The notes: generated from the letters alone by a model not told the origin. A stretch of DNA of 32,000 bases from Methanopyrus kandleri AV19 (GCF_000007185.1 NC_003551.1:120001-152000), one strand, 5' to 3'. Counted from the first letter of the stretch, positions 17,011 to 23,949 are shown. A program made the numbers and translations.

Positions 17011-17391
17011 TCAGTCCCCGTGGATCTCCTCGAGTAGTTCCTCTACTATCTTCTCCCTGACCTCCTCACCGGTGACGCGTCGGAGGATAGCTCCTAGCGT
17101 CTCGTCATCGTCCACCGGGATGAAGTACGCCGTCTTACGGCCGAGACGCTTCGACTTCAACAGTCCCTCCTGCCTAACCTTATAGAGTGCGCTCCTGATG
17201 CTGTTGGCTTTAACGTTGTATCCTAGCTCTTTGAGCACCCTAACGATCTCATCGACGTTAATCCATTGACCCTTAAGGCTTGCCAGTAGCACCACTGCCA
17301 AGGCCGCTCCTAGGTTCGTTAGCTCGCCTTCACGAAGCCTTCTCTTAATCTCTTCGACATCCTTTTGGAACTCTTCCGGGACCTCGGACAA
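17011..17391 (-). CDS. Small winged-helix DNA-binding protein (MarR/ArsR-like fold)
   Basis: 126 aa. INVDEIVRVLKELGYNVKANSIRSALYKVRQEGLLKSKRLGRKTAYFIP fits helix-turn-helix plus wing. Both termini are acidic. It lies directly upstream of the surface-protein module on the same strand. Confidence 0.6.
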   Translation of the reverse strand: MSEVPEEFQKDVEEIKRRLREGELTNLGAALAVVLLASLKGQWINVDEIVRVLKELGYNVKANSIRSALYKVRQEGLLKSKRLGRKTAYFIPVDDDETLGAILRRVTGEEVREKIVEELLEEIHGD

Positions 17392-17442
17392 CTCCGATCA
17401 CCCCTCTACGTCTAATTTCCTGCACTGGCGGGATTCGGGCGG

Positions 17443-17455
17443 TTAATAAATAAAT
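17443..17455. promoter_or_regulatory. AT-rich TATA-like box in the longest intergenic spacer
   Basis: TTAATAAATAAAT on plus / ATTTATTTATTAA on minus. It could serve the minus-strand wHTH gene (start 17391) and/or a plus-strand small RNA beginning about 25-40 nt downstream. Confidence 0.3.
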
Positions 17456-17486
17456 CGCCGTGCGGTTACCGGACTGACTTACATGT

Positions 17487-17550
17487 GGACCGATGACGAG
17501 GTAATCCCCGGCCGACGGCCGGTGTGATGACGGAGAGCCGGCGGAGGTCT
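17487..17550 (+). ncRNA. Candidate box C/D sRNA (moderate)
   Basis: Terminal stem GGACC 17487-17491 / GGTCT 17546-17550. C-like ATGACGA 17493-17499. 12-nt spacer GGTAATCCCCGG. D' CCGA 17512-17515. 8-nt loop. C' GTGATGA 17524-17530. 11-nt spacer CGGAGAGCCGG. D-like CGGA 17542-17545. Confidence 0.45.
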
Positions 17551-18318
17551 TTATATTAATCCCAAGTAGTTAAGTACGGCAAGGGTGGTGTGAACGGCCT
17601 CCTCAGTTCTCACTACCTGCACCCCTTGATTTGGCACGAAGTTAATCACCGGATACTCGTCTCGAACCCCCGGATCTACGTCCAGGACACTCACCTCGCT
17701 AGACCCGAATACCAGGCACTTCACCGGACTCTTAAACTCGACTTCTCGAACGTCTTCACCGTATCTTGAAGTCACAATGATACCCTCCTTAAACTCCCTT
17801 AACACCTCATTAAGCTCATTTACAATCCTCACTCGATACCCCCAGTACTCCTCGGGCTCGGCCGGTTCCACCTCCAGCGGGTCCTCGGAGACGATCCGCA
17901 CAGTCACCCGTTCGTGTGGTTTAAAGCGCCATCTGGTGCGCGCGAGGCGGTCGGCACCTACGTCTACGAGCGCTCCGTTCCGACTTCTCCTAACGACGTA
18001 ACCCTCCCGTACCTCACCTTCCTTCGGCGAGTGGACCTTATGGTGGGGAGCCCTCAACGGCGGCATGACTCCGGCGTACCTGAGGTCACGGTCCAGTCTG
18101 AACACCCTCTTCCTAAGGTACTGGGGACACTCCTGATACTCTAAGAGCTTCCGTAGCCGTTCCGCGTTCCTACGGGTTCCGACGCCGTCACCGTATAGGT
18201 AAACCTCCTCCACTCGGTATATGGCCAGGGCGCGCGCCAGGGTCCCCACCCGATAAGCGTAGATCTTGGGGTCGGTCTCCTCAGAGAAGAGACTCCACGG
18301 GAACGCGACCGCCACCAC
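17551..18318 (-). CDS. SPOUT-superfamily RNA methyltransferase-like protein (DUF171/COG2106 type with inserted OB-like domain)
   Basis: 255 aa. N-terminus AFPWSLFSEE...VGTLARALAIYRVEEVYLY and C-terminus LVFGSSEV...NQGVQVVRTEEAVHTTLAVLN are typical of the trefoil-knot family. GTG start. Confidence 0.6.
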   Translation of the reverse strand: MVAVAFPWSLFSEETDPKIYAYRVGTLARALAIYRVEEVYLYGDGVGTRRNAERLRKLLEYQECPQYLRKRVFRLDRDLRYAGVMPPLRAPHHKVHSPKEGEVREGYVVRRSRNGALVDVGADRLARTRWRFKPHERVTVRIVSEDPLEVEPAEPEEYWGYRVRIVNELNEVLREFKEGIIVTSRYGEDVREVEFKSPVKCLVFGSSEVSVLDVDPGVRDEYPVINFVPNQGVQVVRTEEAVHTTLAVLNYLGLI

Positions 18319-18348
18319 GACGTAACGCCCCCTTCGGGGGAGATCGAG

Positions 18349-19011
18349 TTGCGGGTGGCGTCGGGCCTCGAACCGCAGGAAGGGTACGAGATAGGAGTGG
18401 TCGTGGACGCGCTGCGGGCCAGCTCGACGATAGTCACGGCCTTAGCCCTGGAAGCTGAGGCGATCGTACCACTCTCCTCCCCGGAAGAGCTCAAGCGGGT
18501 GGACGGACCCACGATCGGGGAGCAACACGGCAAGAAGATCGACTTCGCGGACTACGGGAACTCGCCGACCGACCTGCTCCGCCACGCGGAGGAGATCGAG
18601 GGAGAGACCTTGTACATGGTCACCACTAACGGGACCGACACCATTTTACGGGCCGCGGAGGTTCACGAGGAGGTGCTGATCGGTAGTCTGCTGAACGCCT
18701 CGGCCGTGGCCTCGAAACTCTCCGGTGACACCTGCTTCGTGGAAGCAGGTCACCGGGGGATGCTCGCTGTCGAGGACACTTACACGGCGGGCTACATCGC
18801 GCGCCTCGCGGGCGGAGAACCCGCCGACGGTAGGACTCGAGCAGCCATGGAGATGGCCCGCGGTCTTCCGGCGGAGGAGGTGTTCAAAGGCTCGAGGACT
18901 GGTCACGTGCTCGAACAACGCGGGAGGCTCGAGGACGTCGAGTTCTGCGCTCGTGTGGACGAGTTCGAGGTCGTACCGGTCTACGAGGACGGTATGGTGG
19001 TGCCTCAATAG
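18349..19011 (+). CDS. comB: 2-phosphosulfolactate phosphatase (coenzyme M biosynthesis)
   Basis: Motifs: VVVDALRASSTIVTAL, GEQHGKKIDFADYGNSP, TTNGTDTI, EDTYTAGYI. TTG start at 18349; the exact start is uncertain. Confidence 0.8.
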   Translation: MRVASGLEPQEGYEIGVVVDALRASSTIVTALALEAEAIVPLSSPEELKRVDGPTIGEQHGKKIDFADYGNSPTDLLRHAEEIEGETLYMVTTNGTDTILRAAEVHEEVLIGSLLNASAVASKLSGDTCFVEAGHRGMLAVEDTYTAGYIARLAGGEPADGRTRAAMEMARGLPAEEVFKGSRTGHVLEQRGRLEDVEFCARVDEFEVVPVYEDGMVVPQ

Positions 19012-19017
19012 TTGCTG

Positions 19018-19761
19018 ATGGATCGATTCGAGATGTTCGGCTCGGAGCTCTACGTACTTCGGACTGCACACGCCGGGGTGGACGGCGACCGGGTGCGACG
19101 TAAAATTCTGGAGTTGGATCCCGAAGCCGTGCTGGTGGAGTTATGCGAAGGTAGGCTGCTCTCGTTCCTCGCCGAACTTCGCGGTGAGCGGGCAGGATCA
19201 CGGACCGGTGGAATCACGGGGAGGTTAGTCGCCGTAGCCGAGCGCATCGTGGGTCGCGTCGTCGGAGGAGAGTTGGGCGAGGACGTCAAAGGGGCCATCG
19301 AAGCGGCACTGGAGCTGGAAGCCGAGATAGTCCCCGTTGACATGGACATCAGCTGGGTCTTCCGAAGGATGAAGATGAAAGCCTCGAGATGGGAACTGCT
19401 GAAGTTCCAATTCTCCGTGGCGATCGACGTCCTACGATCGTTACTCCGACCAGGTCAAACCAGGGATGTCGTGCTATCCTCCGTTGCGGACGAAGAGGCC
19501 GCTCGAGAGATGGTCCAGGGGCTCAGACGTGCTTTTCCCAGGATAGCCGAGGTATTAATCGACGAGCGCAATCGCGTCATCGCGGAGAACACGATCGAGT
19601 TCCTCCACAGCCGTGAGGACGTGACCAAAGCCGTTCTCGTGATAGGTGCAGCCCACTACGGAGTGCTCGACATTCTTCGGGACGCGGAGCTGGAGAGCGC
19701 GTCGCGTCACGATGATGAGGATACGGCGAGCGGAGAGGGTGAAGAGGAGACCGCGGGCTGA
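19018..19761 (+). CDS. TraB/PrgY-family protein
   Basis: Motifs: LYVLRTAHAGVDGDRV...LDPEAVLVELCEGR, AEIVPVDMDI, IDERNRVIAEN, VLVIGAAHYGVL. The ORF is open from TTG 19012 and the ATG is at 19018. The acidic tail is encoded by the C/D sRNA candidate. Confidence 0.75.
   Translation: MDRFEMFGSELYVLRTAHAGVDGDRVRRKILELDPEAVLVELCEGRLLSFLAELRGERAGSRTGGITGRLVAVAERIVGRVVGGELGEDVKGAIEAALELEAEIVPVDMDISWVFRRMKMKASRWELLKFQFSVAIDVLRSLLRPGQTRDVVLSSVADEEAAREMVQGLRRAFPRIAEVLIDERNRVIAENTIEFLHSREDVTKAVLVIGAAHYGVLDILRDAELESASRHDDEDTASGEGEEETAG
19712..19761 (+). ncRNA. Box C/D sRNA (strong candidate), embedded in the last 50 nt of the traB-like ORF
   Basis: C ATGATGA 19712-19718. 12-nt spacer GGATACGGCGAG. D' CGGA 19731-19734. 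4-nt loop GAGG. C' GTGAAGA 19739-19745. 12-nt spacer GGAGACCGCGGG. D CTGA 19758-19761, which contains the ORF stop TGA. Confidence 0.75.
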
Positions 19762-19785
19762 GCTGGCCGGCCGGAAGATTGAAAG

Positions 19786-19815
19786 ATTCTTGAATAATTC
19801 AAATTTCTTTATAGG
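19786..19815 (+). promoter_or_regulatory. AT-rich promoter region with perfect palindrome upstream of the DUF166-like gene
   Basis: Palindrome TTGAATAATTCAA at 19790-19802, followed by TTTCTTTATAGG. The SD-like GGATGAGGAGGG lies at 19824-19835, before the ATG at 19843. Confidence 0.35.
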
Positions 19816-19842
19816 GCAACAACGGATGAGGAGGGCACCACG

Positions 19843-20517
19843 ATGCGCGTGCTGTTCCTGGGCTACCGATACGGGAGTAGGGCCGCGGAAAACGTAGGGT
19901 CGAGGTCGGACTTCGACGTTGAGTTCCTCAAGGTGAAAGAACCCCCGGAGAACGTTATCCTGGATGAAGAGTACGCGAGGACCCTCTTGCCACCGTCCTA
20001 CTCCGGGTTCGATCTCGTCATTTCGTACCTCCAGCACCCGGACCTACAACTCGCGCTGGCCGAAGTTTGTGATTCCCCTATACTGTACGGTATCACCCCT
20101 GACCCGGCGGTTCGAGAGAAGATAGAGCGCAGTCACGACGCCGTCGCTTTCCCCGAGACCACTATGTGTTCCCTGTTGCCTGATACCGGTATCCCAGAGG
20201 TCGACCGATTCGCCGAGAGGTTCGGGAGACCGAAACTGGAGGTGTCGGTGTCCGGAGGAAAGATCCGGACTGTACGGGTCGTCCGAGGCGCTCCGTGCGG
20301 TGCCACTTGGGTAGCCGCCGAGCGTGTGGAAGGGATGTCGGTGGACGAAGAGGCCGTGAACGCCTTCGCTCTGGCGGCCTGTCATCACTGCGTCGCACCA
20401 CGCTTCGGTAAATTCGAATCGAAGGACGTCACGGCGTACCTGCACGGAGTCGCCTTGGCCGAAGCACTCGGGATCGAACTCGATGTGGACCTAGAGGGGT
20501 TCGAGCTCCCCATTTAA
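19843..20517 (+). CDS. Conserved archaeal protein, DUF166/COG1810-like (function unknown)
   Basis: 224 aa. Conserved-looking Cys motifs TTMCSLLPD, GAPCGATW and ACHHCVAP. The family assignment is from memory of the motif pattern. Confidence 0.5.
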   Translation: MRVLFLGYRYGSRAAENVGSRSDFDVEFLKVKEPPENVILDEEYARTLLPPSYSGFDLVISYLQHPDLQLALAEVCDSPILYGITPDPAVREKIERSHDAVAFPETTMCSLLPDTGIPEVDRFAERFGRPKLEVSVSGGKIRTVRVVRGAPCGATWVAAERVEGMSVDEEAVNAFALAACHHCVAPRFGKFESKDVTAYLHGVALAEALGIELDVDLEGFELPI

Positions 20518-20547
20518 CCGCTGTTGTTTGTTGTTTAAAGTTAAAGT
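20518..20547. terminator. T-rich convergent intergenic spacer with two short tandem repeats; likely bidirectional terminator
   Basis: GTTGTTT GTTGTTT AAAGTT AAAGTT sits between the stop codons of two convergent genes. Archaeal termination uses oligo-T tracts. Confidence 0.3.
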
Positions 20548-21369
20548 TTAGAGAAGCTTGATGCCCAACCCCTGTAGGATGAACTTCAACGATATGTACA
20601 GGAACACCACTCCGAATATACCCTTGATCGTCCACGGCTTGATCTTCTGAGTAGTTTTCGCGCCTAGCTTCACCCCGGCGATGGTGCCTAGACCCAGCAG
20701 CGTACCTCCTACCAAGTCCGTGAGGCCCTGGGCCATCTTGTACGCCGCTGAGACCGTCGCCATGGGAATCATGCTGATCATGGACGTTCCCACAGCGAGG
20801 TGGACCGGTGCGTCCAGTAGGTAGATGAACGACGGCACCAGGGCGTAGCCTCCACCCAGTCCCAGGATCCCCGTGAGGATCCCGATGCCGAACCCTATGG
20901 CGGCCTTGCTGGACGGCTTACCTGGAATCTCGTCGGCTTCGGACCCCGGGATCTTTTTGATCCACTCGTAAATCATCCGAACCGCGGCGTACAGGAAAGC
21001 CGCCCCGAGGATCACCTGCAGTGCTCCGGTATGCTTCATTATGAGGGCGAAGATCACGGAGCCCAGCAGTGCACCGATTGCGCCGGCGGCCAGCACGATA
21101 GCCGACGTTTCGTAGTCGATGTTTCCGAGTTTCGCGTGAGACATCGTACCGAACGTCGCCGTCCACACCACCGCGAAGACCGTCGTAGCGATGGCTTCCG
21201 GAATAGGGTACTTCAGCAAGAACACGAGCATGGGTAGCATCAGCACACATCCGCCGGTGCCTATGATACCGCCCAGGTAACCCGCTATGAATCCCGTTCC
21301 CAGCAACTCGAGTACCGCGAGTGCCGTCAGCCCGGGCAAACGCGTTGCCCTGCTCTCCTCTAATTTCAA
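20548..21369 (-). CDS. TauE/SafE-family (DUF81) anion/sulfite-sulfonate transporter-like membrane protein
   Basis: 273 aa, multi-pass hydrophobic. Gly-rich motifs GYLGGIIGTGGCVLMLP and GILGLGGGYALVP. TTG start. Confidence 0.7.
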   Translation of the reverse strand: MKLEESRATRLPGLTALAVLELLGTGFIAGYLGGIIGTGGCVLMLPMLVFLLKYPIPEAIATTVFAVVWTATFGTMSHAKLGNIDYETSAIVLAAGAIGALLGSVIFALIMKHTGALQVILGAAFLYAAVRMIYEWIKKIPGSEADEIPGKPSSKAAIGFGIGILTGILGLGGGYALVPSFIYLLDAPVHLAVGTSMISMIPMATVSAAYKMAQGLTDLVGGTLLGLGTIAGVKLGAKTTQKIKPWTIKGIFGVVFLYISLKFILQGLGIKLL

Positions 21370-21414
21370 AAGTTTTTTAATGTTTCGAGATTAGTTGAAT
21401 AAAGGGATGCCATC
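21370..21414. promoter_or_regulatory. 45-bp AT-rich divergent promoter region (TauE-family gene / usp)
   Basis: AAAGTTTTTTAATGTTTCGAGATTAGTTGAATAAAGG. This is the only AT-rich stretch between the two divergent start codons. Confidence 0.3.
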
Positions 21415-21891
21415 GTGCCTCGGAAGATCTTGGTGCCGTTCGACGGGTCCGAACCCGCCGAGCTGGCCTTGAAGTGGGCGCTTCTGGACGCGCACGACCA
21501 CGGATTTCCGATCAAAGTGATGTACGTGGTCGACCGCTCCTTGGACCTGCTCACGGGCTTCGCCCCCAGGGAGACCGTGCTGAAGGAGCTGAAGGAGAGA
21601 GGGGAGAAGATTCTGGAGGAAGCTGAGCAAATAGCCGGTGAACTAGGTGTCGACGTGAAGATTGAGAAGAAGGTCTGTGTAGGCATCCCGTGGCGTGAAA
21701 TCGTGAGGGAAGCGGAAGATGACGAGGAGATCAACCTAATCGTGATGGGGTCTCACGGACGAACCGGTCCAGAACACGCGATCCTCGGAAGCGTCGCGGA
21801 GAACGTGATCAGACACAGTCCCGTCAACGTCTTAGTGGTGAAGCGTGAGAAGAGGGTCGAGGATAGCGTTGAGGAGTCTTCCCGCCGCTAG
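21415..21891 (+). CDS. Universal stress protein (UspA family)
   Basis: KILVPFDGSEPAELALKWAL and GSHGRTGPEHAILGSVAENVIRHSPVNVLVV (G-x2-G-x9-G-S/T ATP-binding type). GTG start. Confidence 0.8.
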   Translation: MPRKILVPFDGSEPAELALKWALLDAHDHGFPIKVMYVVDRSLDLLTGFAPRETVLKELKERGEKILEEAEQIAGELGVDVKIEKKVCVGIPWREIVREAEDDEEINLIVMGSHGRTGPEHAILGSVAENVIRHSPVNVLVVKREKRVEDSVEESSRR

Positions 21892-22646
21892 ACCAAGCGC
21901 AGGCCGCTGAGCACCATCTTAGCCCCTACGAGGGCTAATACCACTGAAAACGCCCGCTTGACTCTCTCACCGCCGATCTTGTTGGAGAGCTCCGCCCCCA
22001 CGTATGACGATATTAACATGCCGGTAACTACTGCCAGGGCAGCCCAGAAGTTCACGTACCCTTCCATCCAGTACTGAGCGGCCCCCGCCAGCGCGCTGAC
22101 GGGGACGATCACGGAGGACGTGCCTATGGCGAGCATGGTCGGGAAGTTCAGGACTGATGCCATCACCGGGACGAAAAGCACGCCGCCCCCTGAGCCGGTG
22201 AAACCACTGAAGGCCCCTACGCCGAAACCCGTGAGCGATGCTACCGCGATGTTATCGCGGATCTCGTTCCCCTCCTCGGTTTCCCCGTCGAACGCCATCC
22301 TGAGGGCCATCGCGGAGCATGCAACTCCCAGCGCGACTTTGAGCACGTGCTCGGGAGTTAGGCATGCTAAATAGCTCCCCACCTGTGCTCCCACGATCGC
22401 ACTTAATCCGAAGATCGGTGCCGCGTCGACGTGTACGTTGCCCTCTTGAAGGTGCCTGTAGGCGCCGGTAAACCCGCCGAGACTTATGGCCAATAGCGTC
22501 GTGCCCAGGGCCAGGTGCATGGGCATTCCGGTGGAGTTCAGGAGTGGTACTAGTAGGAAGCCTCCCCCGACACCGAACATTCCGGAAACTAATCCTACGA
22601 GACCACCTATCCCCAAGTACAGCATCATTGACGGGTCGGGTATCAT
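21888..22646 (-). CDS. Second TauE/SafE-family (DUF81) membrane transporter-like protein
   Basis: 252 aa. GMFGVGGGFLLVPLL and GFTGSGGGVLFVPVM. It is a paralogue of 20548-21369. The 3' end overlaps usp by 4 nt. Confidence 0.7.
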   Translation of the reverse strand: MIPDPSMMLYLGIGGLVGLVSGMFGVGGGFLLVPLLNSTGMPMHLALGTTLLAISLGGFTGAYRHLQEGNVHVDAAPIFGLSAIVGAQVGSYLACLTPEHVLKVALGVACSAMALRMAFDGETEEGNEIRDNIAVASLTGFGVGAFSGFTGSGGGVLFVPVMASVLNFPTMLAIGTSSVIVPVSALAGAAQYWMEGYVNFWAALAVVTGMLISSYVGAELSNKIGGERVKRAFSVVLALVGAKMVLSGLRLV

Positions 22647-22703
22647 AGGGGAATTTCTTCCCCTCCGCGCTCTGCGCGGCTCGCGCAGACGCAGAAGTGT
22701 TAC

Positions 22704-23258
22704 TTAATGACATTGTCGCCCCCGTAGTGTCCTAAGGGCCGTCCCCACCACATTTCCCTTAACATGAGGGATCCACTCACGCTCCAACCGATCGAGAAAC
22801 TCCTCCACCTCATCTCGAAGCCCTCCGGCGTAGGGGCACACGTCCTCCGTCATTACGGTATCGACTTTCAACTCCTCCGCCAACGCCTTGGTGACCGCCT
22901 CCGGACAGCGAACTAACGGTCGGATGAGTCTGGGCCCTCCGCGCCATGTTCCCGTGTACCATAGCAGTTTCAACCGTTCGGCACCTGTGAGCAGTGAGAG
23001 TATCACCGTAGCCGCCGCGTCGTCCAGCGTATGACCTAAGGCGATGTAGTCGAATCCCTTCTCCTCCGCAAGTTGACCGAGCTCGATCCTTCGGAGTGTG
23101 CGACACGCGTAGCAGACCTTGCGGGCGTTCATCTCCTCTTTGAGCTCGAGTACGTCACTTTCGGGTTCCAGAAGGTAGGCGTGTATCTCCAGGATCTTCG
23201 CCTGCTCCTCAACGACATCCCAGGCGCTGATTTTCTTACCGTCCACCGTCGGGGCCAC
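22704..23258 (-). CDS. C-terminal fragment of a PP-loop ATP-pyrophosphatase / TtcA-TtuA-type [4Fe-4S] tRNA thiolase-like gene
   Basis: VCYACRTLRR...IALGHTLDDAAATVILSLLTG...DVCPYAGG gives the C-x2-C...C pattern of TtcA-type enzymes. This fragment is not in frame with the N-terminal fragment. Confidence 0.65.
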   Translation of the reverse strand: MAPTVDGKKISAWDVVEEQAKILEIHAYLLEPESDVLELKEEMNARKVCYACRTLRRIELGQLAEEKGFDYIALGHTLDDAAATVILSLLTGAERLKLLWYTGTWRGGPRLIRPLVRCPEAVTKALAEELKVDTVMTEDVCPYAGGLRDEVEEFLDRLEREWIPHVKGNVVGTALRTLRGRQCH

Positions 23259-23269
23259 GTGAGCCCCTT

Positions 23270-23419
23270 CTACCTCCCACCCGTACCCACCTCGAGTCTC
23301 TTCAGCCCGAAGGCCACCGCGAAACTGTCCTTACCTCCCGACATAGCTACCAGGATCCTCGAACCCGGCCGCGGATGGCCGGATCTCCGAACGCACTCCT
23401 TGATCTTGTCCTCAATCAC
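23270..23419 (-). CDS. N-terminal fragment (PP-loop SGGKDS) of the same thiolase-like gene, ending at TAG after a frame change
   Basis: From the GTG at 23419: VIEDKIKECVRRSGHPRPGSRILVAMSGGKDSFAVAFGLKRLEVGTGGR*. The ORF track extends to 23593, but that Arg/Pro-rich extension overlaps the divergent gene. Confidence 0.6.
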   Translation of the reverse strand: MIEDKIKECVRRSGHPRPGSRILVAMSGGKDSFAVAFGLKRLEVGTGGR

Positions 23420-23436
23420 TCGGGCGGGATCGTCGG

Positions 23437-23949
23437 GTGTACGTGGTGGGCGTGGACCTGGCGGCAAAGCCCGGAAACCCCGCCGGCTTCGCAGTTTGGA
23501 GAGAAGGGGAGATCGTGTGTTGGTCCGAGTCCTCCGATGATGAGCGCGTGCTGGAGGTATGTCGGAAGGCTGAACTGGTGGTCTTCGACGCACCGCTCAC
23601 CGAGTCCGATAGACCCTTTCGGCGGCGGGATGAGATCTTCCGCCGGTACGCTCCGGTCCTCCCCCTCACTTTCCCGGGCATGCGGGAGTTATCCAGAAGG
23701 GCGCGGTCTCTGGTGCGAAGGCTGGAGTTAGAGGTTTACGAGACGTATCCGCGAGCCGCGGAACGCTTCATCAGGCTACATGGGAACCCGGTGGACGAGC
23801 ACTCCAGGGACGCCGCGATATGCTGCGCGGTGGGACTGGCGGTGCTCGAGGGCGAAGCCCACGTCTTCGGTGAGCCGCCGAAGGCCGCGTTGCCGAAGCG
23901 GGAGCTGTCGGTCTCCGTCAGAGCTCTAACCGCTCCTCCCGACGTATGA
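23437..23949 (+). CDS. Predicted RNase H-fold nuclease-like protein (DUF429/COG2410-like)
   Basis: 170 aa. N-terminal VVGVDLAAKPGNPAGFAVW followed by FDAPL is typical of RNase-H-like DUF429 proteins. GTG start. The 3' end overlaps tmcA by 32 nt. Confidence 0.45.
   Translation: MYVVGVDLAAKPGNPAGFAVWREGEIVCWSESSDDERVLEVCRKAELVVFDAPLTESDRPFRRRDEIFRRYAPVLPLTFPGMRELSRRARSLVRRLELEVYETYPRAAERFIRLHGNPVDEHSRDAAICCAVGLAVLEGEAHVFGEPPKAALPKRELSVSVRALTAPPDV

Noticed and set aside
17011-17069. Minus-strand GTGAGGA ... CTGA pair 59 nt apart at the 3' end of the wHTH gene
   Set aside because: The internal D' is absent (GATA) and C' is poor (TCGAGGA). GAGGA strings are frequent in Glu-rich coding sequence, so this is not distinguishable from chance.
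22704-23419. Selenocysteine or stop-codon read-through as the explanation for the split thiolase gene
   Set aside because: The interrupting stop is TAG, not TGA, and the two halves are in different frames. Read-through cannot join them; only a 1-nt frame change can.
23420-23593. Upstream extension of the PP-loop fragment to 23593
   Set aside because: The translation is Arg/Pro-rich, overlaps the divergent RNase-H-like gene, and precedes the point where PP-loop homology begins (GTG 23419).
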